From the NCBI GenBank assembly GCA_046582655.1, contig JAYGDX010000148.1, forward strand, positions 1 to 58,636: DNA of 58,636 nucleotides, read 5' to 3'. The DNA comes from Candidatus Poribacteria bacterium (lineage in GTDB: Bacteria > Poribacteria > WGA-4E > UBA9662). The translations under genes were made by a program, and so were the position numbers. Numbering within the stretch: the stretch's first letter is position 1; every line of letters starts with the position of its first letter. This document shows positions 22,335 through 32,802 of the stretch, one piece after another. The notes under the pieces were generated by a model, which was given only the letters and a program-made list of their open reading frames with translations, made no database searches and was not told the origin of the DNA.

Positions 22335-23372
22335 TTATTTATTTCCTATATGCTTTTCCAAAATGACCATTTGGGGGCGATCCTCTCCAATCTTTGGTTC
22401 GATAGAGAACATATAGTCCCCCCACCAGAGGCCAGCTGCCCAATATGTCCAACCGAGCCACACATCTGTATTGTCATCAATATAATCGAGCATATCATCG
22501 AGTGCCGTCAGACAATTGTCATTGGCGCTTATTCCAAACTCTCCGAGGAAACCGCGCTTTTCGTGTACGCGTAACCAGCGGGTAAAATCTTTTAAACGTG
22601 AGGAGCCTATAGTCGAGCTCACACATTCATCTGATGCACCTGACGAATTATCATCCAGATATTGGTGAACCTCAATTGCATAGTTATCTGCAGGATCAAC
22701 GATATTCTGCACAATTGTGCCATTGGGTGTGCCATACCAGCTAGAGTTCCAAGAATGTGCGCCAGACCAACCGTTACCAGGCACAAGAATGAGATTGGTA
22801 GCACCAATTGTGCGAATCGCACTGATAGCAGCAGGTGCATCAGCCAACCACAATTCCGAAGCCATCGAATGCGGCTCATTCATCAATCCAAAAATAACTT
22901 TAGGATAATCTTTAAAGTACAAAGCTAACCTTTGCCAAAAACCTCTAAAGGCACTCACTGGTAGCTCGTCGATTCCTATGAGGTTCCCATAGTACCTCGA
23001 GTAATTGTGCGGATCGAGAATGACGAATGCATTCTTAGATGTAGCATAATCAACAAAATTTTTAATTCTGGAAAGTTCCGCTGAATTAAATTCTGCATTC
23101 GCTGTATGCTGAAGACGTTCCCATCTGAAAGGCAGGCGAAAAACATTCATCCCTTTATCAACGAAATAATCAACCGCGGCGCGAGTTGGGTACGTATAGT
23201 GTTGATTATAAGTATCTAGCAGGTTATTTTCACCAAATTCAGCTCCAGCAAGATTAACACCAACATATTCAGTTTGGCTATATACTCCACTATTGAACAA
23301 AAAAACTATAAAATATAGTAAAGCAGAGATTATCTTTAGATCGTTTTGGCTCATTAGATCGTTTTGGCTCAT
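22335..23372 (-). CDS. Secreted GH5 endoglucanase (cellulase, GH5_5-like)
   Basis: Signal peptide; GVNLAGAEFG, FRLPFRWERLQ, LDPHNY, FGLMNEP (acid/base), HQYLD, LGEFG (nucleophile), WTYWAAG. Confidence 0.92.
   Translation of the reverse strand: MSQNDLMSQNDLKIISALLYFIVFLFNSGVYSQTEYVGVNLAGAEFGENNLLDTYNQHYTYPTRAAVDYFVDKGMNVFRLPFRWERLQHTANAEFNSAELSRIKNFVDYATSKNAFVILDPHNYSRYYGNLIGIDELPVSAFRGFWQRLALYFKDYPKVIFGLMNEPHSMASELWLADAPAAISAIRTIGATNLILVPGNGWSGAHSWNSSWYGTPNGTIVQNIVDPADNYAIEVHQYLDDNSSGASDECVSSTIGSSRLKDFTRWLRVHEKRGFLGEFGISANDNCLTALDDMLDYIDDNTDVWLGWTYWAAGLWWGDYMFSIEPKIGEDRPQMVILEKHIGNK
23337..23372. repeat. Perfect 18 bp tandem duplication at the GH5 start (MSQNDL x2)
   Basis: TAGATCGTTTTGGCTCAT at 23337-23354 and 23355-23372. 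Confidence 0.95.
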
Positions 23373-23504
23373 TTTCTCCCCATTTTACCATAGCCGGACT
23401 AAAAGCCAGATATTCGCTATACAAATCCGTTGGGCGAAGCTCTTTGGAAATTACCTGCCTTAACCATTTTTTTCGGTCACTTGTATCTCCTGCCAACTAA
23501 AGCT

Positions 23505-23969
23505 AGACCTCTGAATTGATTATTCTGCTCCCATTCAATGGCACGCGTCAAGAAATGAGTGTGCTCTTTGACATAGCCCAAGTCGGTCTCAACAGCATCC
23601 ATCAGCAATTCAAAGTTAGCTTCAAAATCGTCCTCTTCTCGCAGAGAGACCTAGTTATGACAGACATGGCTGAATACTTGGCCGGCTTCCACATCACGCC
23701 ATACCACAGGAACTAGCCGCTTGTTGTGCTGAACAGCATATTCAATCTCCAGAGTACAGACCATGGAGACTCCCACACTGGGGCTGATCGGAAACAGGAA
23801 GGTATCTGCTGACTGGATACCAGCATAGACTTCATCCAGCCATTCGGAGGTAAGAGAAATGTTCTGCCAGTGCACCCAAGGGTTATAGTCTCTAGCTTCC
23901 AGTTCATGGTGCAGGCGTTGAGCGAACTCTATATCTCGGTGGGAATCAGGAGATAAATACGCCAGCCAT
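23505..23969 (-). pseudogene. Truncated TIR-domain (TIR_2) protein pseudogene
   Basis: MAGVFIS/[frameshift]YSHRDIEFAQRLHHEL..PWVHW..EWLDEVYAGIQSADTFLFPISP..CTLEIEYAVQHNKRLVPVV..HN*..EEDDF..DLGYVKEHT..RAIEW; RBS AGGGGG before ATG 23969. Confidence 0.82.
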
Positions 23970-24084
23970 ATCAGCCCCCTTTCTGTAGCTTAAGTGCGTA
24001 TCTCGCAGTGTTTACAACTTGGAATCAAGTACCTGCTGAACAATATGATGTATCTGCTGAGTCCAATTGCTACACGAGCCTTGG

Positions 24085-24279
24085 CATTTTATCACGATTG
24101 CCGTATCCGGGCAAATAGGAGGGTTCGATGATAGTATCCAAGGTTGACGAATCTGAGGACACACGATGACAGGAAACGAGTCAACCGGTAACCAAACCGC
24201 CTATCTCAGGTTACACCCTTTCTGCATGGTGGGATGTACTTCCATGTTTGACAATAACTATATGATACTCCACAAGGAG
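24085..24279. repeat. Degenerate intergenic repeat, copy 2
   Basis: Same blocks as copy 1; minus strand TTGCCC-N17-TAAAAT; ends CACAAGGAG on the plus strand. Confidence 0.85.
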
Positions 24280-24572
24280 GGGGCCGCCTGACGAATCGAG
24301 CGCAAAGCCCTTGATGAAGGCTCACTGTGTAAGTCAGATTTCAAGAAAAGGCTCTAGCTCAAGACACTGATAATTGTAAATCCCTAAGCCTACCCTTCTA
24401 ATTTCACCTGTTAATCCACCCATAAACTCCCAGAACGATTTTGAAAGGACAACCCCCACTTAAATCGAATCCTCTCGCATTTGCCGTTTTTGCTATTTGG
24501 GCTTATTTGTACGTGTAGCTATCCACAACACATACAGCTTGTACTGTGACCAAATATTCGACCTTAAAATGG

Positions 24573-25300
24573 CTAGTTGCCTCTTTTCTGCTTGATATAA
24601 GTGCCGATATTTATCACTGTATCCACCCAAACATCACCACCAGACAAAACTTGACAGAGCTTTTCCAAGACAGAGATGGCTACAGTTTGCCCACCCTGAT
24701 GGTCGATTTCATGGCCGAAGAAAATCAACCAAGCATTTTGCTGGCGCGCTTGGTTCAAACGCATTTCAACTGTTTCAAATGTCGCCCTATCCATGTCTAG
24801 TGCTGTAACCTGTGCCAAGTCAGTGAATGTTGGATCGTCAGGTACTTCATTAAAAGCATTACGGCCAACCAGAAAAGGCTCAGCCACCAAAGGCACATAG
24901 CTTTGCACCCCTCAGCACGACCCACGAACTTCTGACCACAAGGATAAGCAAAGGTGGTGGGTATAATGCCCAAATCTTGTTCGATAGTAGCGTTTGCCTA
25001 TAGAATGTCATCTTCCATCTGCGCCAATGTATAGTCTTCTAAAGCTCGGTCTTTGGAAAACGAGAAGTTACCACTACAAGGATGGTTGTAGGTATGATTG
25101 CCAATCTCGTGCCCGTTTTCTACTGCCAACTTCCACTGATTTAATCTCTGTTTCATTATCTGAATTGAAACATAAAAAGTGGCTTTGACTCCATAAGCGT
25201 CAAACAGGTGAAAGCCTTGATCAACTTGGCTCAAGCGTGCATCGTCAAAAGTTAGGCTAAGTGCGGCTTTTTTCCCTTCTGGCCAAAAATTGTCTGACAC
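24573..25300 (-). pseudogene. Polysaccharide deacetylase (CE4/NodB) pseudogene
   Basis: ALSLTFDD, KATFYV, GHEIGNHTYNHPC, FAYPCG, WLIFFGHEI; TAG at 24998-25000 plus a 1 nt loss in a G-run near 24910. Confidence 0.88.
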
Positions 25301-25425
25301 GTTGATCCTCCTTTCTCTGAAATAATGTTCTAATGAACTATTATTTATTGATGATCAGCATGTGTTTGGTTTTGTGCCCTTTAACTTCAATCCGGTAACC
25401 AGATATAACAAACAACTAAATGAAG

Positions 25426-25548
25426 CATTCTATCACAATTGCCATATCGGGGCAAAGAGATGGTTTTGCTAACAGTAATTGGATTTGACGGATAGCTGAG
25501 GCACACACTTATGGATGGCGGGAAGCACTTCCATGTTTGGCAATAGCT
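25426..25548. repeat. Degenerate intergenic repeat, copy 3 (internally deleted)
   Basis: CATTCTATCACAATTGCCATATCGGGGCAAA...GGCACACA...GGCGGGAAGCACTTCCATGTTTGGCAATAGCT; minus strand TTGCCC-N17-TAGAAT. Confidence 0.8.
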
Positions 25549-25863
25549 TACAGGGGGACTGCGGTGGTGGTTGTTTCGGAAGCAATGGCGTTCCAATTCT
25601 CACAATCGGTTGAAATTAAAACAGCAAATGTCCGATTATGATTATCCCATCTGAAAATATTAAGTTTTATCTGCTCAACAGTCCCAGCCTTTTCTAAGTC
25701 CACCAGAAAATGATGAGGATCATTAATACTCAGTCAACTTGAATAGAGACCTCCATCGACTGCTTCTGATGATCCACTCGGGTAGAATTAGTCATGGTTG
25801 GTCAGCCTAAAGCTGAATTACTTTTACTAGTTGGATTGGTATCAGTTACCTAACCAAACTAGG

Positions 25864-25893
25864 TTGCCAAAAGACATAGTTTTCTTCTATAAT
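25864..25893 (+). promoter_or_regulatory. Putative sigma-70 promoter of typA
   Basis: TTGCCA-N18-TATAAT. Confidence 0.6.
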
Positions 25894-26018
25894 ATGGGGT
25901 TTTCTATCAATCGTTAAACTATGAAAAAAGGCGATTGAATATAATCCCTTAAAGTGTGTATCTCCCAATACATCTAGCTGAAGACAAGCTGAAAATTAAG
26001 CATCGGATGGAGGGATGG

Positions 26019-27887
26019 TTGCAAATCCAGGCCCCTATTGAAGAATCAGACTCCAACATAGAAACTGCGGCAGGCATTCGCAATATTGCTATTATCGCCC
26101 ATGTCGATCACGGCAAAACCACACTGGTCGATGCTATGCTTCATCAAACCAATGTTTTTCGTAGCAACCAACAGGTCGAGAAATGCGTTCTGGACTCCAA
26201 CGACTTAGAACGTGAACGCGGTATTACCATTCTAGCCAAGAACACAGGGATCGTCTATCAGGACGTTACCATCAATATCGTCGACACGCCCGGCCACGCT
26301 GATTTTGGCGGTGAAGTAGAACGGGTAGTTAATATGGTGGATGGTGTTGTTTTACTGGTCGACGCCGTTGAAGGACCGATGCCCCAAACCCGATTTGTGT
26401 TACGCCAAGCCTTACAACATGGATTGAAAGTTATTGTCGTAGTCAATAAAGTTGATCGCCCCGCTTCCCGGTCCAAAGATGTGGTCAATGCAACTTTTGA
26501 CCTATTTATTGATCTGGGAGCCGACGATGATCAGGTCAATTTTCCAGTTGTTTATACTATTGCTCTCGAGGGGAAGGCGGGTTTGGAGGTGAATGATTTA
26601 GAAGCAGATCTACGTCCGTTGTTTAACCTGATTGTCAATTATTTGCCTGCACCGGATGTAGATCTGGATGGGGCTAGCCAGCTACTAGTCACTACACTAG
26701 AGTACAGCAACTTCATAGGTAAAATTGCGGTTGGCCGCCTTAACAGTGGTAGATTATCGAGTGGTCAACAAATCCTGCTCTTGAAAGCTAATGGTGAAAG
26801 AGAGCTAGCGAAAATCGGTCAAGTGTTTGTCTTTCGTAACCTAAAACGCGAAGTACAAGATGAAGTTCAGGCGGGGAACATTGTGGCGGTTTCAGGGATT
26901 GAAACTGTTGGCATTGGAGATACACTGGCAGACCCAAACGATCCTCACCCGTTGCCTCCAATCAAGGTTGCGGAACCAACTGTCCGTATGACATTTAGCG
27001 TCAACGACAGTCCATTCTCAGGTCGAGAGGGGAAATACTTGACCAGCCGCCAGATTTGGGAACGCTTATGGCTGGAGTTAGAGAGCAATGTGTCCTTAAG
27101 AGTAGAGGAAACAAACAGTACCAATGAATTTACAGTAGCAGGACGTGGTGAGCTCCACCTCGCCATTTTGATTGAGACCATGCGACGAGAATTTTACGAG
27201 TTTTCCGTCAGTAAACCAGAGGTCATCTGCCGACAAACCGACCAGGGACTTCATGAACCCTTCGAACACGTTTTTATCGAAGTTGCTAGCGATTATCTAG
27301 GAGTGGTTAGCGAATTAATTAATAATCGGCAGGGACGTTTTCTGGATCTACGCTATGGTGAAGATAACATGGTCTACGCCGAATACTACGTACCAACACG
27401 GGGAATGTTAGGTTTTCGTCAACCATTTTTAACCATCACCAGAGGAACTGGTATTTTTCACGCCCTATTTCACGACTACCAACCATTGGCGGGCGAAATA
27501 GGTAGCCGTGAGTTCGGTTCCCTTGTTGCGCTAGAGACAGGTTCAACCAAAGCCTACGCCCTAGAACACTTGCAACAACAAGGCACCTTTTTTGTTCAGC
27601 CAGGTGACGAAGTCTACTCAGGACAGGTAGTAGGGCAAAATATTCGGTACGAAGATCTTGTTCTCAACGTCTGCAAAGCCAAAAATTTGACAGGACATCG
27701 AGCGACTCCAAAAGCGATTGCAGCGTCACTGTCCTCACCACGGATTTTTTCGCTGGATGACGCGATTGAATATCTCGATCTTGATGAGTTGCTGGAGGTT
27801 ACACCTACCTCGCTAAGAATCCGGAAAAGAGATCTTAACCATGATCGTCGAAGGAAAGAAGCAAAAAAAAGAAAAACCGCCGATTAG
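26019..27887 (+). CDS. typA: Translational GTPase TypA/BipA
   Basis: [65 protein letters not shown]. Start uncertain (TTG 26019 after GGAGG, or ATG 26007). Confidence 0.95.
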   Translation: MQIQAPIEESDSNIETAAGIRNIAIIAHVDHGKTTLVDAMLHQTNVFRSNQQVEKCVLDSNDLERERGITILAKNTGIVYQDVTINIVDTPGHADFGGEVERVVNMVDGVVLLVDAVEGPMPQTRFVLRQALQHGLKVIVVVNKVDRPASRSKDVVNATFDLFIDLGADDDQVNFPVVYTIALEGKAGLEVNDLEADLRPLFNLIVNYLPAPDVDLDGASQLLVTTLEYSNFIGKIAVGRLNSGRLSSGQQILLLKANGERELAKIGQVFVFRNLKREVQDEVQAGNIVAVSGIETVGIGDTLADPNDPHPLPPIKVAEPTVRMTFSVNDSPFSGREGKYLTSRQIWERLWLELESNVSLRVEETNSTNEFTVAGRGELHLAILIETMRREFYEFSVSKPEVICRQTDQGLHEPFEHVFIEVASDYLGVVSELINNRQGRFLDLRYGEDNMVYAEYYVPTRGMLGFRQPFLTITRGTGIFHALFHDYQPLAGEIGSREFGSLVALETGSTKAYALEHLQQQGTFFVQPGDEVYSGQVVGQNIRYEDLVLNVCKAKNLTGHRATPKAIAASLSSPRIFSLDDAIEYLDLDELLEVTPTSLRIRKRDLNHDRRRKEAKKRKTAD

Positions 27888-28181
27888 AAAATCGCCTCAA
27901 CCCAATACCTAATCGGGATTTAAGTGAATAAATCATATACGGATTGACAGGTTCACTGATAGGGAAAAGTTCAGTTACCGCGAGGGTTATAGGGAAGCGT
28001 TCGCCAAACCAAAACCTGCTACAATTCCTAAAAAATTTATAAAATTATGGATCCCTCCGTCAATTGCAACGACTTATTCGCTGGCTCCCTCTTTCAGGTC
28101 TTCATAGCGGCCATAAATGACCATATGCGCTTTAAAATGCCGCCAACTGGGTTCTATACTTTAGTGTCATTGACTTCGTGG

Positions 28182-29219
28182 TCACTCCGCTTCGGTTAGG
28201 ATGTTGTGTCTAGTCTTTCTCTTCTCTCGCATCGCTGTGTGTGCCTCGGGAGATCCGTCATGATAGGTGCCAAACCACATGTCGAAAGGCAAGTCATTTT
28301 CCCCATAGTTGCACTCGAAGTAGCGGTGATGCAGTTGGTGGAAATACGAAGCAGCTGGAATACCAGCGTTTCCCTTGATGGCAAGCGTCTCGAACCCAAC
28401 GTGCCCCTGTGCTGGGGTGAACGCGGCGTGATGTGCGTTCATCAGCATGTGGATTGGGTGCGAGGGCACAACCCAGTGAATCAGGATGCAACTGAAGTAG
28501 AGGATGTGCTCAATCGGGTGCATGGCCAATCCGGACCATGGTCCGATGTTGATATTTTTGTGATGGAGGTAGTGCCCAGCTTTGTAGAGCAACCGCCAAT
28601 GCAAGAGACGATGGGTCCAGTAGAAGTGGAACAGTCTCCACATCTGGATGCTGCAGAGCAGGACGACAAAGTAGACAGGTTCCTGTCGCAAGTCGACGTA
28701 GGGAATCATCTCGTTGGCATAGGCCCATATCATCAGGACTTCGTAAGCCGTCCAGATTGTACCGCCGCTAACACAACTCCAGAAAACATTGTCGCGAAGC
28801 TGATTATTCCAAAGGAACTTGCGCTTTCCGGTAGCCATCCAGTCTGAGGTGTATTTGAACTTGAGCCCTTGGGACTTGAGCGACCAGAGCCTGAGATGCC
28901 ATGCGCTGACGATGATCACGAGCATTGACTGGTTGCGGACATATATCTCAAGTATCCAGTCGGCCCGGAACTCGACGCACCGGGACAAGGATGGCTGGAG
29001 GTAATGCCACGTCAGCGTCGCGACCACCATGTAGACGATGTTCCACGGAAGCAGGTAACCCGGGAAGCCGAACAGCCATTTGAAAGCCTCAGCCGGCCTC
29101 GGTGGCCATGCGAACAGAGGACTGGGTGGAGCCGTCCCCCTTTCTGGTTGCCAGAATCCCCGCTTGTCACGAGGCATGCCATCAATTAGCCTGCTCTTTT
29201 CATTGCTTACATCGGCCAT
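28182..29219 (-). CDS. Sterol desaturase / fatty acid hydroxylase family protein
   Basis: His boxes HFYWTHRLLH, HYLHH, HVG, HQLHH followed by NYG; start re-called to ATG 29219. Confidence 0.88.
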   Translation of the reverse strand: MADVSNEKSRLIDGMPRDKRGFWQPERGTAPPSPLFAWPPRPAEAFKWLFGFPGYLLPWNIVYMVVATLTWHYLQPSLSRCVEFRADWILEIYVRNQSMLVIIVSAWHLRLWSLKSQGLKFKYTSDWMATGKRKFLWNNQLRDNVFWSCVSGGTIWTAYEVLMIWAYANEMIPYVDLRQEPVYFVVLLCSIQMWRLFHFYWTHRLLHWRLLYKAGHYLHHKNINIGPWSGLAMHPIEHILYFSCILIHWVVPSHPIHMLMNAHHAAFTPAQGHVGFETLAIKGNAGIPAASYFHQLHHRYFECNYGENDLPFDMWFGTYHDGSPEAHTAMREKRKTRHNILTEAE

Positions 29220-29505
29220 GAGATCTCTCTTTGAAACTTGGTGCACCCGTACCGGGCTTGCTTGGTTCCCGGTTTATTTTTTATCTGCAAATTCCATTAT
29301 CCTTTTAGCACTCATTAAAACCTGATAGCCACAAGTCCAATAATCTGGAGGTATCGACTTTTCTACCTGCAATATTTTTCATGTATGACTTCTAGTTCAG
29401 CTTGATGCTCACCATCAAGTTAACAAGTTTTTATCTGTTGTAAAATACCATCAGTGTTCAAACCTCATTATTTAGTCAACCACCCAAACTATTAGGGGCC
29501 CTATT

Positions 29506-29817
29506 ATGTAAAATACTCAGCGAGTTGAGAAGTTCTTCAAAGCCTATAATAACAGCGACCTAGAAAGCATGGTAGCACTTTGTGTTTCTAAATATAAAAG
29601 GCATGAACCATATCTAGGCTTTTTAAAGGCGTATAGCCCAGAGACACTAAAAGAATCGCTAACTAATGTCTTCAAGGTATAGGGTCCAAAAGCCACAATT
29701 CTAGAAATGATTAAAACCGGCAATCAAGTTTTTGTGAGAAGGGAGATAACAGGTGTTAACTATGAGGTGGAGATCTTCCAATTCGGGGATGGACTAATCA
29801 CAGAAAACTGTATGTAA
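29506..29817 (+). pseudogene. SnoaL/NTF2-like small protein pseudogene
   Basis: Manual translation M*NTQRVEKFFKAYNNSDLESMVALC...FKV*GPKATILEMIKTGNQVFVRREI...VEIFQFGDGLITE; stops at 29509 and 29680. Absent from the ORF track. Confidence 0.7.
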
Positions 29818-30133
29818 CATGACTTTCTTGGTTCGATGCAGCAGATTGGCTTCACACTGCTCCCGTCATCAATCCTATCCTAGAACCACAAGTTTAGCCA
29901 CCTTAGGGAGGCCCTTTTCATATCTGCCATTTGCCACTCCCCAGTAATGAATAGATTCCTTAAAACACAACTCGCAATTTGCAGACTGTTAAGCTACACC
30001 TATCCATTTCAACTTTTAAGACCCAAGTTCTATGATGAGGCCGATCTTCCATAAACTTAAGTTGCGAAATATTTCCCTGAAGGTTCGCCCTTGCCAATTT
30101 GAGTTCCTATTTCCATGAACGCTAACTTTATTT

Positions 30134-31009
30134 TCACGCGATCTGTAAATCCCAATCCTGCCAATAGTACTTCACAGGATCAGTGGGTTCCCAATCCCGA
30201 TAGATCTCCTCCCACGTCAGCCAATTCATATGAGGTACTAGAGAATCTGACCGGATTGGGTGGCTCATTGGCTGATAGCGAAAGTCGCACGATACACGCA
30301 ACTGATCCTGACTCATGTTATCCCGTCCTTGATGAATCGCCAGGCTGTGTAGAATGATAACATCGCCACAAGCATAGTCTCCGCCTACCCAAACTTGCTC
30401 TTCTTCCACATCCACTTGACGACCTCCGGGACCCTCTGCTTCTTTAACTTTCAGATTGCCCTGTCGGTGTGATCCTTTAGCAACAGTTAGACCACCCAAT
30501 GTTGTTGGGCAATCTCCACACGGAATCCACGCCGTCCATGTTTCCTCTGACCCTCCGATATAAAAATTGTCTTGATGAGGGGGAGTCGAGTGTGAGGCTG
30601 AGTCGGGAAAAACGACACGGCAGATATTCCGACTATGAGGTAGAACTGGCTCACCAAACAGGACCTCAAACACATGGGTCAAGTTTCCATCCAAGGCCAG
30701 ATCATGAAAATCACGAACCTTCTGCAGATCATTGTAGAAAGCTTGCCATTTCGGATCTCCTTCTTCTAACACAAGAACTTCTTTGTTGGCCATGCCTTCA
30801 GTGTGATCCGATCCTTCCTTAAGCCACCCATGTTTATCACAGACATAAAGGATCTTTGACCTGACACCGTTGACCTTGCTTGGGGACAACAACCCGGCGA
30901 AAAACAAGCATCCGTCCTCCATCCCCCTCAGTCTCAATTCCTCGGGTTGATTGAGCAGATTTGTCATATCCACAAATGGTTCAATCTGAGCCATATTCAC
31001 CATTGCCAT
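30134..31009 (-). CDS. Phytanoyl-CoA dioxygenase (PhyH) family 2OG-Fe(II) oxygenase
   Basis: TPPHQD, WTAWIP.GD, GGL.VAKGSH, GDVIILHSLAIH, LRVSCDFRYQ; GAGGAG RBS before ATG 31009. Confidence 0.9.
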   Translation of the reverse strand: MAMVNMAQIEPFVDMTNLLNQPEELRLRGMEDGCLFFAGLLSPSKVNGVRSKILYVCDKHGWLKEGSDHTEGMANKEVLVLEEGDPKWQAFYNDLQKVRDFHDLALDGNLTHVFEVLFGEPVLPHSRNICRVVFPDSASHSTPPHQDNFYIGGSEETWTAWIPCGDCPTTLGGLTVAKGSHRQGNLKVKEAEGPGGRQVDVEEEQVWVGGDYACGDVIILHSLAIHQGRDNMSQDQLRVSCDFRYQPMSHPIRSDSLVPHMNWLTWEEIYRDWEPTDPVKYYWQDWDLQIA

Positions 31010-31134
31010 TGAGTTACTCCTCAACTTTGAATTTAATCGATGCTAGGATGCATTATATAATATACAGATAAAAATTCAACACCAAATTAATAATTGTGAA
31101 ACGAGAGATCAATAGGTGGGGCAGTCTAAGCCTG

Positions 31135-31230
31135 TAACGCAGGTCGAAGATGAAGCGACCGTGCGGGGAGCGATTGATGCCTTCTACTTCCCGCCTATCG
31201 GTAAAGGAGTTAGGGGATGGCATCATCGCA
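31135..31230 (+). pseudogene. Short remnant resembling an HpcH/HpaI aldolase
   Basis: Manual translation QVEDEATVRGAIDAFYFPPIGKG; no start codon and flanked by stops. Confidence 0.3.
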
Positions 31231-31459
31231 CAACGACTTGCCGATATCCCCGAAAATTGGGAAGAGAGTAATCACAACTACGATGCCCAATAAATCGATC
31301 CCGGCAAAAACAACTTACACAGTTCAAGAAGACCAGATTTTGAGACGGGTCATAAAAAATATATAAAAACAATACATGGTTATGATGCAATGATATTTAC
31401 TGTGTACCTACCGATCCTGAGCTAGAATGTTGGTGGTGGATTTAAAGATAGAGTATACT

Positions 31460-31581
31460 AGACCTCTTGCATAAAGGAGTAAACTCACCAGAATTCTATA
31501 GCTGGGAGGCACCTAAATTTATTGAATACGTAGGCTCAAAAATCGAGAAACTTCTATTTCTTTGACTTATACAAGAGGTCT
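31460..31581. mobile_element. MITE (~122 bp non-autonomous element)
   Basis: Terminal inverted repeats AGACCTCTTGCATAA / TTATACAAGAGGTCT (14/15 match), flanked by ACT direct repeats. Confidence 0.75.
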
Positions 31582-31919
31582 ACTGAAGAAAGGTCCGCAT
31601 TTAATGTCGATTCTCCCCCATGACAGTTCACTAAGTTGGCAATCCGACTTAGCAATATAGCAATCGAGTTAGCATTAGCATCGGCGTAAAATCGATCCTC
31701 TTTTGATTTCCAGTTGGCCTGGTCGTAACACTATCCGCCAGCGCTGGAATGGAGGGCATTAATCTGATTCCAAAATCCCTCATTCATCATGACACCGCTC
31801 TTTCTGACCAGAAAATGTTAATCCAGACCATTCGTAGAAATCGACAGTGGTTCTACTCTCAATACCATTCACCATTCTTAACAACTGTTTTTGCCGACCG
31901 GTCAGTAGATCCACCCATT

Positions 31920-32570
31920 AAGGCTTAAATCGGTGGTGGGAGTCACACTGAAACCTCATCCAACTTCCGTTGCGGTAGTGACCGGAATAAGGCATGCCGA
32001 ACTTGGTCGCTGGTATTTGCCCTCCTCCACACCAATACTACCCATTAATCAGCACGCTCCCCATTGGTGCAACCGCTGTCTGGACGTTTTAATTTCCACT
32101 CCTTCTGGTATCTGAGCATAGCCGCTTCTATGGAAGCCTGGCACAATTCGGGTGGCACCAATTTCCGGGGGAAAGTCGTCCAGCATCCAAACAGTGTTCA
32201 TCATCACTGGAAACTCAGCTGACTTCTTAATCAGGGGTTGAAGGATATCACCGTACAGATGTTGTGCTGGATCCTCCAGTCTGACAATTCGAGTACTTAG
32301 ACGTCCCAAGATAATACGGTGACCCATAAAGTGCTCGACCAGTGGTATACCATGGGATGATCAATGGTTTGGAAGAAGATCGGATCGCAGGTAGGCAGGT
32401 TAAGGACATAACGTGCTGTACCGCCATAGTAATCCTCTTTAGCCACGTTGTGGATCTAAGTGAACAAATAATTCCTCATCTCTGAAGCTAAGTCCCTAGT
32501 TAGAACGTTTTAAACAATAGTATAATTATAAACCTCGATTTCAAATTTCTCTTGCTGTAAATCGGACAAA
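31920..32570 (-). pseudogene. Degraded PhyH-family dioxygenase pseudogene
   Basis: Fragments NLPTCDPIFFQTIDHP, PVMMNTVWMLDDFPPEIGATRIVPGFH with several frameshifts/stops; boundaries approximate. Confidence 0.7.
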
Positions 32571-32802
32571 GTGCCCCCTTTTCTAGGTGTTGTTGAGTTC
32601 GAAAATTAGGCTTGAACTACTTCTAGGACTGTGGAAGCAAAGAAAGCCAAGAGTGTAAAGAATATGACGGGTTGGAAGACAAGTGTGTGTTTGCTAATCA
32701 GTTTTGGATCAAACATTCCTCCAGAGTTTACAGTTTGGGATACGGGGCAAGCAGAGCTACTATTTCAGTAGATTTACTGAAATGGGGATTTTGCCCCTTC
32801 TT

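Noticed and set aside
23930..23950. TGA after VFIS in the TIR gene as selenocysteine
   Set aside because: Homology continues in another frame; it is a 1 nt insertion in a Tyr codon.
22114..25548. Repeat copies as a CRISPR array or cobalamin riboswitch
   Set aside because: Copies are long, degenerate and separated by whole genes, with no cas genes; only scattered riboswitch-like words (AGGGA, GGGAAG) and no full conserved core.
28206..28847. 213 aa plus-strand ORF
   Set aside because: Antisense shadow of the GC-rich desaturase gene; no motifs.
31590..31900. Possible gene remnant next to the MITE
   Set aside because: No recognisable protein motif in the frames I could read.
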